Below are positions 11,420-22,700 of a stretch of DNA of 64,000 nucleotides, piece by piece. The notes below the pieces were generated by a model. It was not told the origin of the DNA, did no database searches, and worked only from the letters and a program-made list of their open reading frames with translations. The stretch comes from Massalongia carnosa (lineage: Eukaryota): NCBI GenBank assembly GCA_965645245.1, contig OZ287073.1:682001-746000 (forward strand), written 5' to 3'. The translations under genes were made by a program, and so were the position numbers. The stretch's first letter is position 1. Every line of letters starts with the position of its first letter.

Positions 11420-14097
11420 ATGGCTCTTGTCGGGGGCCCCTCCTCGCCACTTACCGACCTACGGACAAGTCCCTTGACTCCCGCCGGTGCGCTCAAGCGG
11501 CCCCACCCATCGCCGTCAGGCAGTAATGATAGCTCACCCTCTTCCTCCTCCCCTCCTGCCTTACCTGAAAAAAAATGGAGGCGCGAAACGCCACCGCCGG
11601 CGCATATCAGATTACGACAAGCTGGTTGAGGTGCTTAAATTTCTGAGCTCTCTAAATTGGTCGGTAAAAGATTTTTTATCAACACTTTGTAAGAATCGAG
11701 CCCGTCATAGTATGCGAAAGGCGCAAGGCCAGCTCTTCGATTTTGTCTATGTCGATATTGTGCGGCAAGAAGACTTTTCAAGCCTCATTGGGCCTGGTAG
11801 AATATCCACTATCCTTCGCGAGAGAGGATGGGTTTGGGCCGCGGATGTGCTTCGTGAAGAAATCAAAGCTTTGGCAGATCACGCAGCCTTTGGCCCTTTC
11901 CAGCCGCCCTCTGCGACAGTCGAGTTTGGGACCTTGGAGGCTATTAAACTTGCTGCATCTGCCGCCAAGCAGTTGGCGCCACGATGGCTTGAGCTAATTG
12001 ATAGTGTTTGTCGCGAGGCTCGCCCGCAGGAACCTCTCGATGTGACGTTGGATTCTCCCAGCGGCCGGCACACCGTTATATTGGCAATGCTTTGTCACAA
12101 ATTGCGACCAAATAAGGCGACCAATATTCAGTCCGTCTTAGGCCTTTATATTTATCAAGGTGGGGCGAGGCGGCGAGTTCTAGATACACTCTGTCATTTT
12201 GACCTGACGATGTCATATACTACCCTGCAGCGGCGCATGTTGTCCTTGATTAAGGAGGCCGAACGAAAGGTTCAGATGCTAGGACAAGGCTCAAACATGA
12301 TCTTGACATACGATAACTTTGACTTCGCAGAAGGTAAACGAGGAGAGCGCACGGGGGATAATAGAGACGTCAGATCAATCACTACCGCTCTAATTTTCCA
12401 GGGGCAAGGATTCGATGCCGGCGCTTTGAGGCAGGATATGTGGCGCCCCGCCACGCATCTTTTATCAGCTGAAAGAATTGCGCGAAAGCTGGAGACTGGT
12501 GATCTCGAGATGCAGGTGAGTTCAATACAGGACGAGGTGTATATACCGCGCTCAATCGCTAATGCACCGCGTACCTAGATTCGTCTTCATCATCTAGAGT
12601 CAGCGATTCGAGCGCTTTATGGCCCAGAGATCGGCGACGTTCAACTTCCTTGGTCGACTGCAATGCCCGTGCTGAATAAGATGAAAAAATACAAGACCAA
12701 TTACATTCCTATCAAACCAGTCATGAAGGATGAGAGCACAACATCTAATAATATTCAAATATTGGAGGATATATTTGTGCGACAGTTCAAGTTCAAGGAG
12801 GATGACTCGACGTTTGCGAGCGTCATTCGGCTTATCTATGGTGACCTCAAGACATGGTCGAGAATGCAATCTGTCAAGGAATTACGTCGTGGGATATCGG
12901 AGCAATCTTTCGATCGGTTCGACTGGATTTTACCGGGATTAGGGTTATGGCATCTTCGCTTTAACATGCTGCAGCTTATTCATAAAATACATTGGAGAGG
13001 CCCAGCCGGTTGATCCTTCGACTCTTCAATATGCCGCCGATCGGTGGGGCCGCGCTCGTGTCGTGCAGCCGAACGATTTCCAGGCCTTAGAGGATCTGAT
13101 CATTCAGAGCTATCAAGCTAGAATCGTTGGGACGTGGATTAGGTTTTTACGAAAGGATGGATATGCTCCGCAGCGAATCGAAGCAACTATTTCGTGGCTC
13201 ACAGCGCAGACTTGCGGGCAGGATGGCACCTGGATGAATATGTTGGGCAGGATATCTCGCAAACTTCACGCGGAATTACCCTCAACGTCAATAGATATGC
13301 TTCCTCCAACGCTTGATCAACAATTTCGGAATCATCAGAACTTCTGTGATCACGTTGAATCGTATCTAACACTTCGATACGCAATCAAATATGCGGATAT
13401 TGGACTACTTCGTCACGCATTGCGCCACGCAACGGTGATCTTTCAGGCAAGCGTAGCTGGCACCCCGAAATATGCGCAAGCTCTTCTATACACCCTTCAT
13501 GCGATTGATTCTTCCGCAGCGACCATAAGGCTACAGGAAAGTATTTTAATGAATAGTCTTGTCAATTTACGCGGTGACGAAGAGTCGAGTTTTGAGACTG
13601 ATCGGCTTTTAGAGATACTAAACAATAACCTCAAGACGTTCCAGCACGAGCGATCTTATTTTTCAAAGTATAGTGACACCTTGCTCGAGAACTGGGCACT
13701 CAACGGTCCATATCTTATGAAGCTCAAAGAAATCGTTGAGTTTTACTTTGGAAGAGTCAACTCTTCAAGGCATCCAGCAAAATCGGCCGCAGAGGATGTG
13801 TGGGGCATGGCTACGGCACTAGCGCATAAATCACTCTGTAAAAGAAGCTATGATCGATTTTCAACTAATCCAACAGCTAATCTTTATGTTGAGGGATTGA
13901 AGAAACTTGGAGAAAATGTATTAAAATACAATCAGCAGTATCTTTCCGAAGAAATTTCAAAAGAAATTTCAACAGACGACCTTGAGGGTAAGTATGAAGC
14001 CGAGCCCGATTTTGTCAATGAAACAAAGCAGGTCCCCGACAGCCCTGTCATTTCAATGGCCCGTCTCGAGATATCCGGCGGTATGTTTTTTGATTAA
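11420..14097 (+). pseudogene. Academ/DUF6589-like transposase, one intron (12516-12578), two frameshifts
   Basis: Motifs LTYDNFD, LIYGDLKT, PGLGLWHLRFN, FETDRLLE. The GTGAG..GCTAAT..TAG intron joins ORFs 11487 and 12663 in frame; frameshifts near 11570 (A run) and 13000. Start codon inferred. Confidence 0.72.
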
Positions 14098-14156
14098 ATC
14101 ATCGATACCACGAGATAGCCTAGTCATGTAAATCCGCGCCGCGCGGCTTTACAGAG

Positions 14157-16331
14157 TCAGAGGTAGCGGACGGGGCACTTTCTTTCTTGTCTAGATCGTG
14201 TCGGAGGAAGGGCCATGGGTACATTCAGCGACAACGCTTCCATAGGATCTCGAGGCGCTTTTTTGGTCTTTGATGCCTTCATCGATGATTTAAGAGCATC
14301 AACATTGTCAACAACGAGCGCCGCATCGGAGATATTGTGATTAGGCGCAGGATTCTCGCCCGATGGCTCCGTGCTCTCGCTTTCCTTCGAGACTTTCTTC
14401 TTGACCGCATTTCGCTTTTTAAAAACCTTTCTCGACATATATCCTTGTTTGATCATCCAGTTTTTCCTCCGTTCCTCAAATTCAATACTGGCGGAGTTGC
14501 ATGTTAGGCTGGGTAATCGTTTTCTCTTTATGTCGTTGTGTCGTTTCCATTCCTCGAACATGTCTCCCTCGTCTAATCTCATTGCTTGACCCCGCTTTAA
14601 AATTTCTAAAAGCTCGGCGCCGTAGGGCCTAATACCAGTCCATGTGTTACCAATCCATCGCCGCATGGTGGGCTCGTCCACAATCTGATCCGCCCAAGTG
14701 GTCAAAGAATTCAGTACCTCATCGGGCATTATCAATGATGGGAAGTATCGCATATGTGAATTTGGGAACTTTTCCTGCGCCTTGGCCTCCCTCCATTCTC
14801 GAAGTTTAAGGGTGAACCAAGGCCGCCTAGACGAGTCACGCTCGGCCGTTCTATTTAACATCTCATTGGCGGCTGTTGATGTCTGAAAACTTGGATCGCA
14901 AATTGAACAGCAAGGTTGCGGCTTAACATAGGCCGACGTTGGATACACTTTATCATTGAAGAAATTCAAGCCAATACCTCGAACGCAACCATCTGAAGGC
15001 ACATTGATTATCTCCCAAAGACCCGGTGGCATATCTCGTCGCCGATCAGCATCCTTTTGATTGATGCGGCGTTTACTGGCCTTGGATTCAATCTCGATTC
15101 CCGCGTCATATCCGTCCTGTTCGTCCATTTTTGATCCGCTTCTTGGACCCATGCACCAAGAAGGATGCAAAAGAGTAAAATGCGCCTGTCCTCGACCGCA
15201 ACGCAAAGCACGACCTAAACGTTGGTATAGCTTCGCCATTGACGAGGGTAGCAGCCATTGCGTAACTCTCATAACGTCTGGATTATCAATACCAAGCCCG
15301 TATGCATCCGTTGCGATCAGGATTCGAGGAAATTACATTGATTCGAGGGCATTTCGAAGCGAGCCGCAATCCTTTCTTTGTCTTGGGTGGCCATGTCGGA
15401 AAAGAAAGGCGCGACCCAACTAGCAGCCTCAATTGGATAGGACAATTGATTCATCCATACTTTCATTAGCGCACACGCCTTTTTGATAGATGAAATTGAA
15501 TCCATGAAGATAATCGTTTTCGGAATATCAAAAGGACTCTCAGCCCGTGTTGGTAAAAGATGTTGAAGATCGATCATGCTGTTCATAGGCCGCTGTAGAC
15601 TGCTTGTCTGTATGTATATCTCTGGACGATCAAGCGCTGTTTGAATAACAGTACTTTCGTTATCAAAGCCACAGCGATCTTTAACGCTCTCTAGGGTTCT
15701 TGGATCCAGCGTTGCAGACGCACCCAGAAAAGGAATACCATCTGGTAATCGTGTACGAAGCACACCGAGATTGAAGTATTCGGGCCGGAAATCTCGCCAT
15801 TCGGATACCAGATGCATCTCATCAAGAGCTAAAAGACATAAATTCAAGAAGAAACTTGGATGCCTCAGAACCTCCTGATTAAACAGCTTTGACGTCGCTA
15901 TCTCTGGGCTAGTAAAAACTATTCATATTAACGAGTAAGTTTTTATATTTATCTCAATCATAATTTGAATACACACCATGCGTATAATTGTTTTCACGAA
16001 TTAACTTTAAATTAGAAGAATTATTACTATCACCGTCCAACACGAAAGGCTTGCATCCCTCGATAACGCTCAATTTCTTGCACTGTTGAGCTTCTAAGGT
16101 CTTGAGAGGCATGATAATTAAAGCGATCTTAAGACAAGAGAACATTAATGGCATAGCTTGAAAGATAATACTCTTTCCAAATCCAGTCTTGGCGATAAAT
16201 ATCAGATCCTTTTGATCTTGTGCTAAAGTCATGATAGCGTCAACTTGCTCATTCTTTGGATAAAAGCCGAATTTACTTAAAATCACGGTCGTCACCTGCT
16301 CGCGAGTTATCGACGCTATAGGATCGTCCAT
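14157..16331 (-). pseudogene. RecQ-like SF2 DEAH-box helicase, one intron (15919-15976), one frameshift near 15330
   Basis: Walker A AKTGFGKS, FTSPE, DEMH, SAT, ATDAYGLGID, QRLGRALR, Cys cluster C..CCSIC and an HRDC-like LREWR segment. Confidence 0.88.
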
Positions 16332-18515
16332 TTCGATGTGTTCGCGAGCGATATTCGACGATTCGCGAGTTGGATTCTTAGCCCGCAAAACGCACATCAA
16401 GCAAGTTCATCACATTCAACGATTTTAGGCTTTCGAAAACAACGCTCGGAGGATCAGATTAATGATCAGAAGCGCCGACAATGAAAAACTGGAGCTAGTG
16501 ACCCGTTGAGTCTGCTGTGGTGGTGTCGAAATTTCGAGTCAAAGTCGAGTCCTCGTCGCGAGATCGATATTGCGACTCAATTTTGCATCGATATGTAATT
16601 AAAATATTGATTAATCGATAGAATGTATATCAAAGCATCATTTCTATTATTACATAATTTATGAAATGTCGTTGCGCGTTGTTGATTCCGCCGTCAACTT
16701 GATTCTTGATGATTTTTGAGGTTAAGCCAAAAATTTGTATGAGCGCGCACCAAAATAAGCCGGATCTGACAAAAATACAGAGTTTTGCGCTCAGACGTGC
16801 CGCCCGTAGCATGCGTAGTCAGCTAAAGGGCCGCTAACCCGAAGGGGCTTAGCGAAGATAGGCTAACCCGGAGGGGCTTAGCCGGCTCATTGAGCCACGC
16901 ACGTCTGAGGTAACAGCTTAGTCGGAATCTCATTAACTAAATCGAGTTTAGACCCCTCTCAACGGCTTCAGGTCAAAGCTGTACCATCACCATCAAAGCG
17001 TACCAACGACAGGAGAACCTCATCTCCACCTTTTATCGTCAAACACCTCGTCAAACCTTCGTGCCGTACGTCTCCTAATAGGGGGAGATGAACACTGATC
17101 GAATCTTTATGCAAAGGGGTTCGAGACAAATATAAAAGGAAGGACAAGTTAATTAGATAGTTGACTCCTTGTCCGACGTCTTGTATAGCAATCTATCACC
17201 TAGCTATAGCCTTATTAATAAAGACATCTTGATCACCCAATCCAATTCCTAGGAACATTAGTTCAATCCCCTGCCTAGTCCTTGACACACTAACCGTGCG
17301 ACCGAGATAAATCCGATGGACCGCACCAGGAGCTACGCTCCAGGTGCGGCTCACCTCTATGACGCTATCATCTCCATGACGCATTTCTCAAACTATTTAC
17401 ATTATATCCATTGATTGACCCTTTCAAAATGAAGCTATTCAAAATCAAAGGCTGACGTTCATCTATCCAGCTTTCGGCCTTTTTACCCACAAAGCCAAAC
17501 CGTTTAGCTATCGCTTTTCCATAGAGAAATATTTTCTTTTGTCTAGCCGTATCAGCACGCTTTTGACGACCCTCCTCCCTTTCCACCTCTTAGGTACGAT
17601 GTAGGTGATTATGCCTCACATCTCGAACGGTAACGATTCCTTCCTTCTGAACAACGGTGCCAGCAAGCTTTTTTCGGGCCCTTTTAGCTAATGCAGCTGT
17701 GTGTGTGGCTTGCAAGTCGCGTTGCGTCAATTCTAGTAAATTAGCGTTTGCAACCGACCCTTTGATAAAACGTCGCATTCTTTCTGGAGTAATTTCTTCA
17801 TTATTATTCATTCGCTGAATAATGTTTTCCCCTTCCTTAGCAACGTCTTTGGGCTTTTTGGGGGTATGAGGTAGAATTATTGTCTCCGAAGATGATATTG
17901 GTAGTGGTGGTAATGCCGGATTTAAAGCACGAATTTTGGTCAAGACTACCTCCGGATTGTAAGGTATCAACCCAGTTTTTTCCCAGGCTGATTTGATAGT
18001 AGATGATTTTGTCACGGAATCGCTTCGCACCCTCCCGCTTGTCCTGATCGGGTTAGTATTTAACAGGGCCCATTGCTGTCATCCATCGTGCTCAGGCGTT
18101 CTTCTGCCGCCCTCAGCGCACTATCAATCTCCTACAATCCGCATCCAATCTCAACGTCTCCACTATCCAGGCTTATGACTGAGAGTGCTTCAGCACAGAT
18201 AAAGGCGGGATAGGTCAAAGCAATCATGTTAAGGAAATTAGTACAGGAACAGAGACGGGGCAAGTCGAGAATAGGAGAGTTGAAAGCCATGGCTATAAAG
18301 TCTGTGGTTTCCCAGGTGTTTAGAGCTCTTCATCGGACGTCTTGTATATTATTCTCTACTTCTAGTTTTAGCATATCTAGATATCCGTTCTGCAAGATAG
18401 AGTCTTGTATCTCTCCAGCCCTCCCCTGACATTACGTCCGATCTATATTTTTTTGTGTTTTTCAAAGCACTATTCTTCCTTTCTCTTTTCGTTTTTTGCC
18501 TATAGATAATCAGTC

Positions 18516-19754
18516 ATGTCAAACCAAGATCAAGGACAACCTATGCCCGAGCAGCCCATTGAAAGCACAGATGCACAGCTTGCCTACGTGCAGGCCAACC
18601 CCCTTCCATTCCTTCAAGAAATGGAGAGATTGCAAAACCAAATAGCAAAATTGGAACAGGAAGCCCAAGCACGACAAGCCTCCACCATCGTTACACCACC
18701 TTCCACGTCTTCCCCTTCTTCCTCTCTCAGTCCCGAGTTCCTTACTTCGATCGTGGCCGCCGTAACAGCTGCTATGTCCAAGAACCTCTTCACAGACAAA
18801 CCGGCCAAGTCAGAAAAGCTGCCGGACATTGCCGAATACGACGGCAACATGGACAATCTCGATTCATGGGAACAGAGTCTGATACAGAGGATGCATGTGA
18901 ACCATGACCGCTATCCTACAGAGAACGAAAAGATAACCTATGCCGAATCCCGACTTACCATCGGAAAAAAAGCACACAACTTGATGAACAGGTATAGAAA
19001 GGATGGCTTGTGCGCGCTGACAAGTCTAAAAGATTGGCGAATGAAATTGCGCCAGGCATGTGGCAATCGCTTTGAGGAAGAAGACGCACGCACCTATCTT
19101 CGTGACACCCTCAAACAGGGTACGCTAAGTTTCGAAGAATACTATAACCTCTTCACACAGAAGAAAGAACGATCGGGAATGGAAGATGCCTCTCTAATCG
19201 ACGCCATGCGATCAAATGTCAACTACGCCACACAGGCAGCCGCAATCTCGTGGCGAAAAACCGATGGGTCCAGGCCCGTTACGTTTGACGATCATGTGCA
19301 GATGTGGTCCGACACCGACTGGGACCTGAGGCAGTTAAAACATCGCCATTCTCGCACCACCCCTGCTGCTAATGCTAGCAATCCTCCGACCACTAGACGA
19401 GGAAACGCCCCTGCCACGACCAGCACCTCCAACACGACCACACGCATCACCCCGGCCGTCACCACACCTGCTGCCCCTGTCGCCGCTGCCGGCGGCGATC
19501 CTATGGATCTGAGTTCAGCAATGGCCGCCGTTCGAGGCCATAAGTTGACGGATCCAGGAGTCCGTAAGATCTGTGATGACTGGAAGCTATGCTTCTATTG
19601 TCGACGTCAACATCCGGGTACCATTGGTGACTGCCCGAATCGAAAGACAACCGCGGTTCGCTCCCTTGTCCTATATGAGGGATCATCAAATGCACAATCA
19701 ACGCCGATATCAACGTCACAGATATCTAAGGTCCAGGAGGTGGAAAAAGCTTAG
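18516..19754 (+). CDS. gag: Gag of element C
   Basis: 412-aa ORF; GDPMDLS motif; CFYCRRQHPGTIGDC knuckle. Confidence 0.92.
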   Translation: MSNQDQGQPMPEQPIESTDAQLAYVQANPLPFLQEMERLQNQIAKLEQEAQARQASTIVTPPSTSSPSSSLSPEFLTSIVAAVTAAMSKNLFTDKPAKSEKLPDIAEYDGNMDNLDSWEQSLIQRMHVNHDRYPTENEKITYAESRLTIGKKAHNLMNRYRKDGLCALTSLKDWRMKLRQACGNRFEEEDARTYLRDTLKQGTLSFEEYYNLFTQKKERSGMEDASLIDAMRSNVNYATQAAAISWRKTDGSRPVTFDDHVQMWSDTDWDLRQLKHRHSRTTPAANASNPPTTRRGNAPATTSTSNTTTRITPAVTTPAAPVAAAGGDPMDLSSAMAAVRGHKLTDPGVRKICDDWKLCFYCRRQHPGTIGDCPNRKTTAVRSLVLYEGSSNAQSTPISTSQISKVQEVEKA

Positions 19755-22700
19755 TCTCTGCGCATAGTCGCGCGCAGAGACAACCAGATTTCTTGATTTC
19801 TTCTTGCCTGCTGTCCACATCGTTTACACCGCCGCTCATGTCTAGCAATCGTTTTTCGGCGTCGTCTGCTCTTACTCTTTTTGAAACTGATGAGACATTT
19901 AGAGATAGTCATATGGTTATCTCTTGTATATTACGTCGTTTTCAAACCAGAATAAAAGCTTTGATTCTTGTGGACAGTGGTGCATCTGGATATTCCTTTA
20001 TTGATCAAGATTTCGCGCGTTTTCATAACTTCCCCTTACACCAATTGAAATATCCTAGACGACTTTCCGGCTTCGATGGCCAGCCAGCATTGACTGGCAA
20101 CATAACTCACATCGCCGAAGTTACCATGGACCTAAATGGGCATGTAGAAAAGCTCTTTCTTTATGTAACAGGATTAAGACATTACCCCATTGTTTTGGGC
20201 CACCCATGGCTTCGCAGACACGGAGTCATTACAAACTTTTCCAACAACACCTTGTCCCTATCGTCCCCCTTTTGCCTTGCACACTGCTGTCCTTCACCTG
20301 TAATGATGCAATCAGCCACCACGAAAGAAGAAGAATTCCTTATGCCTGCCGAAAGTCAGAAGGTATGGCAATCAGAAGAAACAGCTCTGCAGACCAGTCA
20401 ACCCGAGCTCTCCATCTTTGAATATCAAAAAGAAGATGGCCCAAGCCGAATACTCACCGCCATTCAGAGAGGCACAACTCCGAAAATCAGACCACGATCA
20501 CAAAGCTATGTACGTGTCAGACCCCAATCAGTTCGGACACTCAGTCCAATCCAGAAACCCAATCAGACTCAGATATCCAGCTCAGTTCAGACAATCAACT
20601 CAACTCAGACATCCTGCAGCAATTCGTCACAAATTTGCGAAGTCAGCGCAGTAACTTTCGATCGCCTTGCTAGAAAGAAAAATCACGAGATATTTAGTAT
20701 CTCACTTCATGAAATCGATCGCTTTTTAGGAATAAAAGCACCTCCCAGTCCCAGTCCCAGTCATTCCGACCCTAGCTCATCCATTAGCCTAATAGCGAAG
20801 CAGGCCTTTCCACCATTGAATCCGAAGGCCTGCCCTAGCGATAAGGATATGCATATGACCATCTGCAAAATAAATAAGGAGCTAACCTTAGAAACATCCG
20901 TAACTCAAGAAGAGCTTGAAGCCATTCGGGAACGAAAGAACGTTGACCCGAGCACCATCTTACCGAAACAATATCACGAATTCCTAGACGTTTTTTCTAG
21001 AAAAGAATCTGAAGTGCTTCCAGAGCGCCGGCCCTACGACCATGCCATCAATTTGAAAGATGGCTTCCAACCTCCAAATCAAGCGTTATACGGCATGAGC
21101 CGCGACGAAATAGAAGAACTCCGTCGGTATTTAGACGATAATTTGGCCAAGGGGTTCATTCGTGCCAGCCGTTCGCATGCGGCGTCTCCTGTCATGTTCG
21201 TGAAAAAGCCCGGAGGGGGCCTTCGCTTCTGTGTTGATTACAGAGGCCTGAATGCCGTCACTATCAAGAATAGATATCCGTTGCCATTGATAGCCGAGAC
21301 CTTGAATCGCTTGTCCAGAGCTAAAATATTTACTAAATTAGATATAATAGCAGCCTTTAATCGCCTACGCATAAAGGAAGGCGACGAAGAACTCACCGCA
21401 TTCCGCACAAGATTTGGTCTATTTGAGTACCTGGTAATGCCTTTCGGGTTGTGTAATGGACCCGCCTCTTTTCAGCACTTTATCAACGATACTCTGCGAG
21501 AGTATCTGGACGACTTTTGCACCGCATATTTGGATGACATTCTGATATACAGTGACGTTGAATCAGAGCACGAGATTCACGTTAAAAGAATTCTGATCAA
21601 ACTGCGTGAGGCAGGCCTTCAAGCAGACATCACTAAATGCGCATTTCATGTGAAAGAAGTTTCATATCTAGGTCTAATCGTGACCACAGAGGGGATAAAA
21701 ATGGACCCTGCCAAAGTCGAAACTGTTATTAATTGGCCCACTCCCCAAAACGTGAAAGACGTACAGAGCTTCTTAGGGTTTGCGAACTTTTACAGACGAT
21801 TCATTCTGAGGTTTAGCATGATTGCTGGCCCATTAACCAACCTCACACGAAAAGACGTGAAATTTTTATGGACTGATAAATGTCAGCAAGCTTTCGACAC
21901 TATGAAGAGAACCTTCACCTCAGACGTAGTCTTATTGCACTTCGATCCAGACAAGCCAATTATCGTGGAGACAGACGCCTCTGATTATATATCCGCAGGA
22001 ATTCTTTCGCAATATGACAAGAACAGTGTTCTAAGACCTATTGCTTACTTTTCCAAGAAACACAATCCGGCGGAATGTAATTATGAAATCTATGATAAGG
22101 AGTTAATGGCAATCGTTCGGGCTTTCGAAGAATGGAGACCCGAATTGGAGGGTTCCGCTCACCCAATCAATGTAATCACGGATCACAAAAATCTAGAATA
22201 TTTCACGTCTTCCAAGCAATTGAGCCGCCGTCAAGCCCGCTGGAGCGAGTTCTTATCCCGATTTGATTATAAAATAATCTATCGCCCTGGAAAAGCAGGT
22301 GGGAAACCAGACGCCCTAACAAGGAGATCAGGAGATCTCCCTAAAGAAGGGGATGAAACAGACGAACGCCGACAATTTCAACATCAAACTGTCATCAAAT
22401 CGCATAATATCGATGAAGAAGTTGCCCGAGACCTGAATTTATGCCCTGCTATAAGATTAGCACCCGCTTTCCTAGAACAAGAAGTCATAAGGCTAGCACC
22501 TGCGTTTTTAGAACAGGAACACGAACTCGATGAATCCGAAAATCTAGGCAACGAAGATGATAATCATAACGACGAACCTCAACTCGATCCAGATTCAGAT
22601 CAGATCGCCTCTGACAATGACCCGATGGATATCCCTACCGACGAGCTTTGGAATCAAGCCATTCAAAGAGATCGCTTTGCCCCGAAAATTCTAGTAATGC

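Larger units (their letters stand above)
10922..16913. mobile_element. AcademH-like DNA transposon (transposase plus RecQ-like helicase)
   Basis: About 80-bp near-perfect TIR (tacctcagacgtgcgtggctcaatgagccgg...), looser to ~150 bp; 9-bp TSD cagcttagt 10913-10921 / 16914-16922 confirmed by the empty site in the 5' LTR; two convergent genes. Confidence 0.85.
4710..17287 (+). mobile_element. Full-length Ty3/Gypsy chromovirus 'B'; 3' LTR interrupted by the AcademH-like element
   Basis: LTRs 4710-5157 and 10839-10921 plus 16923-17287 (3 transitions seen by eye); TSD cacta 4705-4709 / 17288-17292; PPT gaaaggggag before 10839. Confidence 0.95.

Noticed and set aside
14157..16400. Host RecQ/Sgs1 gene
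   Set aside because: It lies inside TIRs and a TSD within an LTR, and lacks the long N-terminus of cellular RecQ helicases.
10913..16922. hAT assignment from an apparent 8-bp TSD
   Set aside because: The duplication extends to 9 bp (cagcttagt), and the protein shows no hAT motifs.
17993..18429. Small ORFs repeated at 24209-24645
   Set aside because: Chance ORFs in the two LTR copies of element C.
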